Assembly: GCA_964057225.1 (NCBI GenBank)
Contig: OZ059896.1
Span: 19,468,001-19,532,000, forward strand
Direction of reading: 5' to 3'
DNA: 64,000 nucleotides
Origin: Auanema rhodensis
Lineage: Eukaryota > Animalia > Nematoda
The position numbers and the translations under genes are program-made. Below are positions 41,068 to 55,300 of this stretch, in pieces. The notes beneath the pieces are model-generated. The model saw only the letters and a program-made list of their open reading frames with translations. It searched no databases and had not been told where the DNA came from. Position 1 is the first letter of the stretch, and the number at the start of each line of letters is the position of its first letter.

Positions 41068-44000
41068 ACATTTTGACAAAAAATTTTTCGAAAAATTTCA
41101 AAATAATTTAGCAAAAAGTAGATGTTTTTAGATTCCTTTTTTCAAGGCAAAGACGATGGACAATGTTATTCAACGAAAAAATTAATTCTTCAGGGTGAAA
41201 ATCGAGGATATAAGTGTGAACTTATATCAGTTGATATATCGGTGCATTTTTAAGCTAGCGCAAATCTGATAACACAGATCGACGCAGCTTAAAAATCCGC
41301 ATCGAATGCACTATACTACATTGAGAAACGTTTAATACAAAAATTAGTTATGATCGTTTGAAAAATGATGCATTAGTGTATGTTGAGTTTCCATGTACAC
41401 TCAACATTGCTTCCAAAAACATTTTGACAAAAATTTTTTCGAAAAATTTCAAAATAATTTAGCAAAAAGTAGATGTTCTTAGATTCCTTTTTTCAAGGCA
41501 AAGACGATGGACAATGTTATTCAACGAAAAAATTAATTCTTCAGGGTGAAAATCGAGGATATAAGTGTGAACTTATATCAGTTGATATATCGGTGCATTT
41601 TTAAGCTAGCGCAAATCTGATAACACAGATCGACGCAGCTTAAAAATCCGCATCGAATGCACTATACTACATTGAGAAACGCTTAATACAAAAATTAGTT
41701 ATGATCGTTTGAAAAATGATGCATTAGTGTATGTTGAGTTTCCATGTACACTCAACATTGCTTCCAAAAACATTTTGACAAAAATTTTTTCGAAAAATTT
41801 CTAAATAATTTAGCAAAAAGTAGATGTTTTTAGATTCTTTTTTTCAAGGCAAAGACGATGGACAATGTTATTCAACGAAAAAATTAATTCTTCAGGGTGA
41901 AAATCGAGGATATGTGTGAACTTATATCAGTTGATATCTCGGTGCATTTTTAAGCTAGCGCAAATCTGATAACACAGATCGACGCCGCTTAAAAATCCGC
42001 ATCGAATGCACTATACTACATTGAGAAACGCTTAATACAAGAATTAGTTATGATCGTTTGAAAAATGATGCATTAGTGTATGTTGAGTTTCCATGTACAC
42101 TCAACATTGCTTCCAAAAACATTTTGACAAAAATTTTTTCGAAAAATTTCAAAATAATTTAGCAAAAAGTAGATGTTCTTAGATTCCTTTTTTCAAGGCA
42201 AAGACGATGGACAATGTTATTCAACGAAAAAATTAATTCTTCAGGGTGAAAATCGAGGATATAAGTGTGAACTTATATCAGTTGATATATCGGTGCATTT
42301 TTAAGCTAGCGCAAATCTGATAACACAGATCGACGCAGCTTAAAAATCCGCATCGAATGCACTATACTACATTGAGAAACGCTTAATACAAAAATTAGTT
42401 ATGATCGTTTGAAAAATGATGCATTAGTGTATGTTGAGTTTCCATGTACACTCAACATTGCTTCCAAAAACATTTTGACAAAAATTTTTCGAAAAATTTC
42501 AAAATAATTTAGCAAAAAGTAGATGTTTTTAGATTCCTTTTTTCAAGGCAAAGACGATGGACAATGTTATTCAACGAAAAAATTAATTCTTCAGGGTGAA
42601 AATCGAGGATATAAGTGTGAACTTATATCAGTTGATATATCGGTGCATTTTTAAGCTAGCGCAAATCTGATAACACAGATCGACGCAGCTTAAAAATCCG
42701 CATCGAATGCACTATACTACATTGAGAAACGTTTAATACAAAAATTAGTTATGATCGTTTGAAAAATGATGCATTAGTGTATGTTGAGTTTCCATGTACA
42801 CTCAACATTGCTTCCAAAAACATTTTGACAAAAATTTTTTCGAAAAATTTCAAAATAATTTAGCAAAAAGTAGATGTTCTTAGATTCCTTTTTTCAAGGC
42901 AAAGACGATGGACAATGTTATTCAACGAAAAAATTAATTCTTCAGGGTGAAAATCGAGGATATAAGTGTGAACTTATATCAGTTGATATATCGGTGCATT
43001 TTTAAGCTAGCGCAAATCTGATAACACAGATCGACGCAGCTTAAAAATCCGCATCGAATGCACTATACTACATTGAGAAACGCTTAATACAAAAATTAGT
43101 TATGATCGTTTGAAAAATGATGCATTAGTGTATGTTGAGTTTCCATGTACACTCAACATTGCTTCCAAAAACATTTTGACAAAAATTTTTTCGAAAAATT
43201 TCTAAATAATTTAGCAAAAAGTAGATGTTTTTAGATTCTTTTTTTCAAGGCAAAGACGATGGACAATGTTATTCAACGAAAAAATTAATTCTTCAGGGTG
43301 AAAATCGAGGATATAAGTGTGAACTTATATCAGTTGATATCTCGGTGCATTTTTAAGCTAGCGCAAATCTGATAACACAGATCGACGCCGCTTAAAAATC
43401 CGCATCGAATGCACTATACTACATTGAGAAACGCTTAATACAAGAATTAGTTATGATCGTTTGAAAAATGATGCATTAGTGTATGTTGAGTTTCCATGTA
43501 CACTCAACATTGCTTCCAAAAACATTTTGACAAAAATTTTTTCGAAAAATTTCAAAATAATTTAGCAAAAAGTAGATGTTCTTAGATTCCTTTTTTCAAG
43601 GCAAAGACGATGGACAATGTTATTCAACGAAAAAATTAATTCTTCAGGGTGAAAATCGAGGATATAAGTGTGAACTTATATCAGTTGATATATCGGTGCA
43701 TTTTTAAGCTAGCGCAAATCTGATAACACAGATCGACGCAGCTTAAAAATCCGCATCGAATGCACTATACTACATTGAGAAACGCTTAATACAAAAATTA
43801 GTTATGATCGTTTGAAAAATGATGCATTAGTGTATGTTGAGTTTCCATGTACACTCAACATTGCTTCCAAAAACATTTTGACAAAAATTTTTCGAAAAAT
43901 TTCAAAATAATTTAGCAAAAAGTAGATGTTTTTAGATTCCTTTTTTCAAGGCAAAGACGATGGACAATGTTATTCAACGAAAAAATTAATTCTTCAGGGT

Positions 44001-46328
44001 GAAAATCGAGGATATAAGTGTGAACTTATATCAGTTGATATATCGGTGCATTTTTAAGCTAGCGCAAATCTGATAACACAGATCGACGCAGCTTAAAAAT
44101 CCGCATCGAATGCACTATACTACATTGAGAAACGTTTAATACAAAAATTAGTTATGATCGTTTGAAAAATGATGCATTAGTGTATGTTGAGTTTCCATGT
44201 ACACTCAACATTGCTTCCAAAAACATTTTGACAAAAATTTTTTCGAAAAATTTCAAAATAATTTAGCAAAAAGTAGATGTTCTTAGATTCCTTTTTTCAA
44301 GGCAAAGACGATGGACAATGTTATTCAACGAAAAAATTAATTCTTCAGGGTGAAAATCGAGGATATAAGTGTGAACTTATATCAGTTGATATATCGGTGC
44401 ATTTTTAAGCTAGCGCAAATCTGATAACACAGATCGACGCAGCTTAAAAATCCGCATCGAATGCACTATACTACATTGAGAAACGCTTAATACAAAAATT
44501 AGTTATGATCGTTTGAAAAATGATGCATTAGTGTATGTTGAGTTTCCATGTACACTCAACATTGCTTCCAAAAACATTTTGACAAAAATTTTTTCGAAAA
44601 ATTTCTAAATAATTTAGCAAAAAGTAGATGTTTTTAGATTCTTTTTTTCAAGGCAAAGACGATGGACAATGTTAATCAACGAAAAAATTAATTCTTCAGG
44701 GTGAAAATCGAGGATATAAGTGTGAACTTATATCAGTTGATATCTCGGTGCATTTTTAAGCTAGCGCAAATCTGATAACACAGATCGACGCAGCTTAAAA
44801 ATCCGCATCGAATGCACTATACTACATTGAGAAACGTTTAATACAAAAATTAGTTATGATCGTTTGAAAAATGATGCATTAGTGTATGTTGAGTTTCCAT
44901 GTACACTCAACATTGCTTCCAAAAACATTTTGACAAAAATTTTTTCGAAAAATTTCAAAATAATTTAGCAAAAAGTAGATGTTCTTAGATTCCTTTTTTC
45001 AAGGCAAAGACGATGGACAATGTTATTCAACGAAAAAATTAATTCTTCAGGGTGAAAATCGAGGATATATGTGTGAACTTATATCAGTTGATATATCGGT
45101 GCATTTTTAAGCTAGCGCAAATCTGATAACACAGATCGACGCAGCTTAAAAATCCGCATCGAATGCACTATACTACATTGAGAAACGCTTAATACAAAAA
45201 TTAGTTATGATCGTTTGAAAAATGATGCATTAGTGTATGTTGAGTTTCCATGTACACTCAACATTGCTTCCAAAAACATTTTGACAAAAATTTTTTCGAA
45301 AAATTTCAAAATAATTTAGCAAAAAGTAGATGTTTTTAGATTCCTTTTTTCAAGGCAAAGACGATGGACAATGTTATTCAACGAAAAAATTAATTCTTCA
45401 GGGTGAAAATCGAGGATATAAGTGTGAACTTATATCAGTTGATATATCGGTGCATTTTTAAGCTAGCGCAAATCTGATAACACAGATCGACGCAGCTTAA
45501 AAATCCGCATCGAATGCACTATACTACATTGAGAAACGTTTAATACAAAAATTAGTTATGATCGTTTGAAAAATGATGCATTAGTGTATGTTGAGTTTCC
45601 ATGTACACTCAACATTGCTTCCAAAAACATTTTGACAAAAATTTTTTCGAAAAATTTCAAAATAATTTAGCAAAAAGTAGATGTTCTTAGATTCCTTTTT
45701 TCAAGGCAAAGACGATGGACAATGTTATTCAACGAAAAAATTAATTCTTCAGGGTGAAAATCGAGGATATAAGTGTGAACTTATATCAGTTGATATATCG
45801 GTGCATTTTTAAGCTAGCGCAAATCTGATAACACAGATCGACGCAGCTTAAAAATCCGCATCGAATGCACTATACTACATTGAGAAACGCTTAATACAAA
45901 AATTAGTTATGATCGTTTGAAAAATGATGCATTAGTGTATGTTGAGTTTCCATGTACACTCAACATTGCTTCCAAAAACATTTTGACAAAAATTTTTTCG
46001 AAAAATTTCTAAATAATTTAGCAAAAAGTAGATGTTTTTAGATTCTTTTTTTCAAGGCAAAGACGATGGACAATGTTATTCAACGAAAAAATTAATTCTT
46101 CAGGGTGAAAATCGAGGATATAAGTGTGAACTTATATCAGTTGATATCTCGGTGCATTTTTAAGCTAGCGCAAATCTGATAACACAGATCGACGCAGCTT
46201 AAAAATCCGCATCGAATGCACTTTACTACATTGAGAAACGCTTAATACAAAAATTAGTTATGATCGTTTGAAAAATGATGCATTAGTGTATGTTGAGTTT
46301 CCATGTACACTCAACATTGCTTCCAAAA
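41068..46328. repeat. Local 4-monomer (about 1403 bp) higher-order repeat, about 3.5 copies
   Basis: The C60/C69/A96 monomer occupies every second slot (M119-M131); C264T in M118, 122, 126, 130 (also M128); A219C in M120/M124; 1-bp deletion in M122/M126. Confidence 0.85.
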
Positions 46329-49300
46329 ACATTTTGACAAAAAATTTTTCGAAAAATTTCAAAATAATTTAGCAAAAAGTAGATGTTTTTAGATTCCTTT
46401 TTTCAAGGCAAAGACGATGGACAATGTTATTCAACGAAAAAATTAATTCTTCAGGGTGAAAATCGAGGATATAAGTGTGAACTTATATCAGTTGATATAT
46501 CGGTGCATTTTTAAGCTAGCGCAAATCTGATAACACAGATCGACGCAGCTTAAAAATCCGCATCGAATGCACTATACTACATTGAGAAACGCTTAATACA
46601 AAAATTAGTTATGATCGTTTGAAAAATGATGCATTAGTGTATGTTGAGTTTCCATGTACACTCAACATTGCTTCCAAAAACATTTTGACAAAAATTTTTT
46701 CGAAAAATTTCTAAATAATTTAGCAAAAAGTAGATGTTTTTAGATTCTTTTTTTCAAGGCAAAGACGATGGACAATGTTATTCAACGAAAAAATTAATTC
46801 TTCAGGGTGAAAATCGAGGATATAAGTGTGAACTTATATCAGTTGATATCTCGGTGCATTTTTAAGCTAGCGCAAATCTGATAACACAGATCGACGCAGC
46901 TTAAAAATCCGCATCGAATGCACTATACTACATTGAGAAACGCTTAATACACAAATTAGTTATGATCGTTTGAAAAATGATGCATTAGTGTATGTTGAGT
47001 TTCCATGTACACTCAACATTGCTTCCAAAAACATTTTGACAAAAATTTTTTCGAAAAATTTCAAAATAATTTAGCAAAAAGTAGATGTTTTTAGATTTCT
47101 TTTTTCAAGGCAATGACGATGGACAATGTTATTCAACGAAAAAATTAATTCTTCAGGGTGAAAATCGAGGATATAAGTGTGAACTTATATCAGTTGATAT
47201 ATCGGTGCATTTTTAAGTTAGCGCAAATCTGATAACACAGATCGACGCAGCTTACAAATCCGCATCGAATGCACTATACTACATTGAGAAACGCTTAATA
47301 CAAAAATTAGTTATGATCGTTTGAAAAATGATGCATTAGTGTATGTTGAGTTTCCATGTACACTCAACATTGCTTCCAAAAACATTTTGACAAAAATTTT
47401 TTCGAAAAATTTCTAAATAATTTAGCAAAAAGTAGATGTTTTTAGATTCTTTTTTTCAAGGCAAAGACGATGGACAATGTTATTCAACGAAAAAATTAAT
47501 TCTTCAGGGTGAAAATCGAGGATATAAGTGTGAACTTATATCAGTTGATATCTCGGTGCATTTTTAAGCTAGAGCAAATCTGATAACACAGATCGACGCA
47601 GCTTAAAAATCCGCATCGAATGCACTATACTACATTGAGAAACGCTTAATACACAAATTAGTTATGATCGTTTGAAAAATGATGCATTAGTGTATGTTGA
47701 GTTTCCATGTACACTCAACATTGCTTCCAAAAACATTTTGACAAAAATTTTTTCGAAAAATTTCAAAATAATTTAGCAAAAAGTAGATGTTTTTAGATTC
47801 CTTTTTTCAAGGCAATGACGATGGACAATGTTATTCAACGAAAAAATTAATTCTTCAGGGTGAAAATCGAGGATATAAGTGTGAACTTATATCAGTTGAT
47901 ATATCGGTGCATTTTTAAGTTAGCGCAAATCTGATAACACAGATCGACGCAGCTTACAAATCCGCATCGAATGCACTATACTACATTGAGAAACGCTTAA
48001 TACAAAAATTAGTTATGATCGTTTGAAAAATGATGCATTAGTGTATGTTGAGTTTCCATGTACACTCAACATTGCTTCCAAAAACATTTTGACAAAAATT
48101 TTTTCGAAAAATTTCTAAATAATTTAGCAAAAAGTAGATGTTTTTAGATTCTTTTTTTCAAGGCAAAGACGATGGACAATGTTATTCAACGAAAAAATTA
48201 ATTCTTCAGGGTGAAAATCGAGGATATAAGTGTGAACTTATATCAGTTGATATCTCGGTGCATTTTTAAGCTAGCGCAAATCTGATAACACAGATCGACG
48301 CAGCTTAAAAATCCGCATCGAATGCACTATACTACATTGAGAAACGCTTAATACAAAAATTAGTTATGATCGTTTGAAAACTGATGCATTAGTGTATGTT
48401 GAGTTTCCATGTACACTCAACATTGCTTCCAAAAACATTTTGACAAAAATTTTTTCGAAAAATTTCTAAATAATTTAGCAAAAAGTAGATGTTTTTAGAT
48501 TCTTTTTTTCAAGGCAAAGACGATGGACAATGTTATTCAACGAAAAAATTAATTCTTCAGGGTGAAAATCGAGGATATAAGTGTGAACTTATATCAGTTG
48601 ATATCTCGGTGCATTTTTAAGCTAGCGCAAATCTGATAACACAGATCGACGCAGCTTAAAAATCCGCATCGAATGCACTATACTACATTGAGAAACGCTT
48701 AATACAAAAATTAGTTATGATCGTTTGAAAAATGATGCATTAGTGTATGTTGAGTTTCCATGTACACTCAACATTGCTTCCAAAAACATTTTGACAAAAA
48801 ATTTTTTCGAAAAATTTCTAAATAATTTAGCAAAAAGTAGATGTTTTTAGATTCTTTTTTTCAAGGCAAAGACGATGGACAATGTTATTCAACGAAAAAA
48901 ATAATTCTTCAGGGTGAAAATCGAGGATATAAGTGTGAACTTATATCAGTTGATATCTCGGTGCATTTTTAAGCTAGCGCAAATCTGATAACACAGATCG
49001 ACGCAGCTTAAAAATCCGCATCGAATGCACTATACTACATTAAGAAACGCTTAATACAAAAATTAGTTATGATCGTTTGAAAAATGATGCATTAGTGTAT
49101 GTTGAGTTTCCATGTACACTCAACATTGCTTCCAAAAACATTTTGACAAAAATTTTTTCAAAAAATTTCAAAATAATTTAGCAAAAAATAGATGTTTTTA
49201 GATTCCTTTTTTCAAGGCAAAGACGATGGACAATGTTATTCAACGAAAAAATTAAGTCTTCAGGGTGAAAATCGAGGATATAAGTGTGAACTTATATCAG

Positions 49301-52300
49301 TTGATATATCGGTGCATTTTTAAGCTAGCGCAAATCTGATAACACAGATCGACGCAGCTTAAAAATCCGCATCGAATGCACTATACTACATTGAGAAACG
49401 CTTAATACAAAAATTAGTTATGATCGTTTGAAAAATGATGCATTAGTGTATGTTGAGTTTCCATGTACACTCAACATTGCTTCCAAAAACATTTTGACAA
49501 AAATTTTTTCAAAAAATTTCAAAATAATTTAGCAAAAAGTAGATGTTTTTAGATTCCTTTTTTCAAGGCAAAGACGATGGACAATGTTATTCAACGAAAA
49601 AATTAATTCTTCAGGGTGAAAATCGAGGATATAAGTGTGAACTTATATCAGTTGATATCTCGGTGCATTTTTGAGCTAGCGAAAATCTGATAACACAGAT
49701 CGACGCAGCTTAAAAATCCGCATCGAATGCACTATACTACATTGAGAAACGCTTAATACAAAAATTAGTTATGATCGTTTGAAAAATGATGCATTAGTGT
49801 ATGTTGAGTTTCCATGTACACTCAACATTGCTTCCAAAAACATTTTGACAAAAATTTTTTCAAAAAATTTCAAAATAATTTAGCAAAAAGTAGATGTTTT
49901 TAGATTTCTTTTTTCAAGGCAAAGACGATGGACAATGTTATTCAACGAAAAAATTAATTCTTCAGGGTGAAAATCGAGGATATAAGTGTGAACTTATATC
50001 AGTTGATATCTCGGTGCATTTTTAAGCTAGCGCAAATCTGATAACACAGATCGACGCAGCTTAAAAATCCGCATCAAATGCACTATACTACATTGAGAAA
50101 CGCTTAATACAAAAATTAGTTATGATCGTTTGAAAAATGATGCATTAGTGTATGTTGAGTTTCCATGTACACTCAACATTGCTTCCAAAAACATTTTGAC
50201 AAAAATTTTTTCGAAAAATTTCTAAATAATTTAGCAAAAAGTAGATGTTTTTAGATTCTTTTTTTCAAGGCAAAGACGATGGACAATGTTATTCAACGAA
50301 AAAATTAATTCTTCAGGGTGAAAATCGAGGATATAAGTGTGAACTTATATCAGTTGATATCTCGGTGCATTTTTAAGCTAGCGCAAATCTGATAACACAG
50401 ATCGACGCAGCTTAAAAATCCGCATCGAATGCACTTTACTACATTGAGAAACGCTTAATACAAGAATTAGTTATGATCGTTTGAAAAATGATGCATTAGT
50501 GTATGTTGAGTTTCCATGTACACTCAACATTGCTTCCAAAAACATTTTGACAAAAATTTTTTCGAAAAATTTCAAAATAATTTAGCAAAAAGTAGATGTT
50601 TTTAGATTCCTTTTTTCAAGGCAATGACGATGGACAATGTTATTCAACGAAAAAATTAATTCTTCAGGGTGAAAATCGAGGATATAAGTGTGAACTTATA
50701 TCAGTTGATATATCGGTGCATTTTTAAGTTAGCGCAAATCTGATAACACAGATCGACGCAGCTTACAAATCCGCATCGAATGCACTATACTACATTGAGA
50801 AACGCTTAATACAAAAATTAGTTATGATCGTTTGAAAAATGATGCATTAGTGTATGTTGAGTTTCCATGTACACTCAACATTGCTTCCAAAAACATTTTG
50901 ACAAAAATTTTTTCGAAAAATTTCTAAATAATTTAGCAAAAAGTAGATGTTTTTAGATTCTTTTTTTCAAGGCAAAGACGATGGACAATGTTATTCAACG
51001 AAAAAATTAATTCTTCAGGGTGAAAATCGAGGATATAAGTGTGAACTTATATCAGTTGATATCTCGGTGCATTTTTAAGCTAGCGCAAATCTGATAACAC
51101 AGATCGACGCAGCTTAAAAATCCGCATCGAATGCACTATACTACATTGAGAAACGCTTAATACAAAAATTAGTTATGATCGTTTGAAAAATGATGCATTA
51201 GTGTATGTTGAGTTTCCATGTACACTCAACATTGCTTCCAAAAACATTTTGACAAAAATTTTTTCGAAAAATTTCTAAATAATTTAGCAAAAAGTAGATG
51301 TTTTTAGATTCTTTTTTTCAAGGCAAAGACGATGGACAATGTTATTCAACGAAAAAATTAATTCTTCAGGGTGAAAATCGAGGATATAAGTGTGAACTTA
51401 TATCAGTTGATATCTCGGTGCATTTTTAAGCTAGCGCAAATCTGATAACACAGATCGACGCAGCTTGAAAATCCGCATCGAATGCACTATACTACATTGA
51501 GAAACGCTTAATACAAAAATTAGTTATGATCGTTTGAAAAATGATGCATTAGTGTATGTTGAGTTTCCATGTACACTCAACATTGCTTCCAAAAACATTT
51601 TGACAAAAAATTTTTTCGAAAAATTTCTAAATAATTTAGCAAAAAGTAGATGTTTTTAGATTCTTTTTTTCAAGGCAAAGACGATGGACAATGTTATTCA
51701 ACGAAAAAAATAATTCTTCAGGGTGAAAATCGAGGATATAAGTGTGAACTTATATCAGTTGATATCTCGGTGCATTTTTAAGCTAGCGCAAATCTGATAA
51801 CACAGATCGACGCAGCTTAAAAATCCGCATCGAATGCACTATACTACATTAAGAAACGCTTAATACAAAAATTAGTTATGATCGTTTGAAAAATGATGCA
51901 TTAGTGTATGTTGAGTTTCCATGTACACTCAACATTGCTTCCAAAAACATTTTGACAAAAATTTTTTCGAAAAATTTCTAAATAATTTAGCAAAAAGTAG
52001 ATGTTTTTAGATTCTTTTTTTCAAGGCAAAGACGATGGACAATGTTATTCAACGAAAAAATTAATTCTTCAGGGTGAAAATCGAGGATATAAGTGTGAAC
52101 TTATATCAGTTGATATCTCGGTGCATTTTTAAGCTAGCGCAAATCTGATAACACAGATCGACGCAGCTTAAAAATCCGCATCGAATGCACTATACTACAT
52201 TGAGAAACGCTTAATACAAAAATTAGTTATGATCGTTTGAAAAATGATGCATTAGTGTATGTTGAGTTTCCATGTACACTCAACATTGCTTCCAAAAACA

Positions 52301-55300
52301 TTTTGACAAAAATTTTTTCAAAAAATTTCAAAATAATTTAGCAAAAAGTAGATGTTTTTAGATTCCTTTTTTCAAGGCAAAGACGATGGACAATGTTATT
52401 CAACGAAAAAATTAATTCTTCAGGGTGAAAATCGAGGATATAAGTGTGAACTTATATCAGTTGATATATCGGTGCATTTTTAAGCTAGCGCAAATCTGAT
52501 AACACAGATCGACGCAGCTTAAAAATCCGCATCGAATGCACTATACTACATTGAGAAACGCTTAATACAAAAATTAGTTATGATCGTTTGAAAAATGATG
52601 CATTAGTGTATGTTGAGTTTCCATGTACACTCAACATTGCTTCCAAAAACATTTTGACAAAAATTTTTTCAAAAAATTTCAAAATAATTTAGCAAAAAGT
52701 AGATGTTTTTAGATTTCTTTTTTCAAGGCAAAGACGATGGACAATGTTATTCAACGAAAAAATTAATTCTTCAGGGTGAAAATCGAGGATATAAGTGTGA
52801 ACTTATATCAGTTGATATCTCGGTGCATTTTTGAGCTAGCGAAAATCTGATAACACAGATCGACGCAGCTTAAAAATCCGCATCGAATGCACTATACTAC
52901 ATTGAGAAACGCTTAATACAAAAATTAGTTATGATCGTTTGAAAAATGATGCATTAGTGTATGTTGAGTTTCCATGTACACTCAACATTGCTTCCAAAAA
53001 CATTTTGACAAAAATTTTTTCAAAAAATTTCAAAATAATTTAGCAAAAAGTAGATGTTTTTAGATTTCTTTTTTCAAGGCAAAGACGATGGACAATGTTA
53101 TTCAACGAAAAAATTAATTCTTCAGGGTGAAAATCGAGGATATAAGTGTGAACTTATATCAGTTGATATATCGGTGCATTTTTAAGCTAGCGCAAATCTG
53201 ATAACACAGATCGACGCAGCTTAAAAATCCGCATCGAATGCACTATACTACATTGAGAAACGCTTAATACAAAAATTAGTTATGATCGTTTGAAAAATGA
53301 TGCATTAGTGTATGTTGAGTTTCCATGTACACTCAACATTGCTTCCAAAAACATTTTGACAAAAATTTTTTCGAAAAATTTCTAAATAATTTAGCAAAAA
53401 GTAGATGTTTTTAGATTCTTTTTTTCAAGGCAAAGACGATGGACAATGTTATTCAACGAAAAAATTAATTCTTCAGGGTGAAAATCGAGGATATAAGTGT
53501 GAACTTATATCAGTTGATATCTCGGTGCATTTTTAAGCTAGCGCAAATCTGATAACACAGATCGACGCAGCTTAAAAATCCGCATCGAATGCACTATACT
53601 ACATTGAGAAACGCTTAATACAAAAATTAGTTATGATCGTTTGAAAAATGATGCATTAGTGTATGTTGAGTTTCCATGTACACTCAACATTGCTTCCAAA
53701 AACATTTTGACAAAAAATTTTTTCGAAAAATTTCTAAATAATTTAGCAAAAAGTAGATGTTTTTAGATTCTTTTTTTCAAGGCAAAGACGATGGACAATG
53801 TTATTCAACGAAAAAAATAATTCTTCAGGGTGAAAATCGAGGATATAAGTGTGAACTTATATCAGTTGATATCTCGGTGCATTTTTAAGCTAGCGCAAAT
53901 CTGATAACACAGATCGACGCAGCTTAAAAATCCGCATCGAATGCACTATACTACATTAAGAAACGCTTAATACAAAAATTAGTTATGATCGTTTGAAAAA
54001 TGATGCATTAGTGTATGTTGAGTTTCCATGTACACTCAACATTGCTTCCAAAAACATTTTGACAAAAATTTTTTCGAAAAATTTCTAAATAATTTAGCAA
54101 AAAGTAGATGTTTTTAGATTCTTTTTTTCAAGGCAAAGACGATGGACAATGTTATTCAACGAAAAAATTAATTCTTCAGGGTGAAAATCGAGGATATAAG
54201 TGTGAACTTATATCAGTTGATATCTCGGTGCATTTTTAAGCTAGCGCAAATCTGATAACACAGATCGACGCAGCTTAAAAATTCGCATCGAATGCACTAT
54301 ACTACATTGAGAAACGCTTAATACAAAAATTAGTTATGATCGTTTGAAAAATGATGCATTAGTGTATGTTGAGTTTCCATGTACACTCAACATTGCTTCC
54401 AAAAACATTTTGACAAAAATTTTTTCAAAAAATTTCAAAATAATTTAGCAAAAAGTAGATGTTTTTAGATTCCTTTTTTCAAGGCAAAGACGATGGACAA
54501 TGTTATTCAACGAAAAAATTAATTCTTCAGGGTGAAAATCGAGGATATAAGTGTGAACTTATATCAGTTGATATATCGGTGCATTTTTAAGCTAGCGCAA
54601 ATCTGATAACACAGATCGACGCAGCTTAAAAATCCGCATCGGATGCACTATACTACATTGAGAAACGCTTAATACAAAAATTAGTTATGATCGTTTGAAA
54701 AATGATGCATTAGTGTATGTTGAGTTTCCATGTACACTCAACATTGCTTCCAAAAACATTTTGACAAAAATTTTTTCAAAAAATTTCAAAATAATTTAGC
54801 AAAAAGTAGATGTTTTTAGATTCCTTTTTTCAAGGCAAAGACGATGGACAATGTTATTCAACGAAAAAATTAATTCTTCAGGGTGAAAATCGAGGATATA
54901 AGTGTGAACTTATATCAGTTGATATCTCGGTGCATTTTTGAGCTAGCGAAAATCTGATAACACAGATCGACGCAGCTTAAAAATCCGCATCGAATGCACT
55001 ATACTACATTGAGAAACGCTTAATACAAAAATTAGTTATGATCGTTTGAAAAATGATGCATTAGTGTATGTTGAGTTTCCATGTACACTCAACATTGCTT
55101 CCAAAAACATTTTGACAAAAATTTTTTCAAAAAATTTCAAAATAATTTAGCAAAAAGTAGATGTTTTTAGATTTCTTTTTTCAAGGCAAAGACGATGGAC
55201 AATGTTATTCAACGAAAAAATTAATTCTTCAGGGTGAAAATCGAGGATATAAGTGTGAACTTATATCAGTTGATATCTCGGTGCATTTTTAAGCTAGCGC

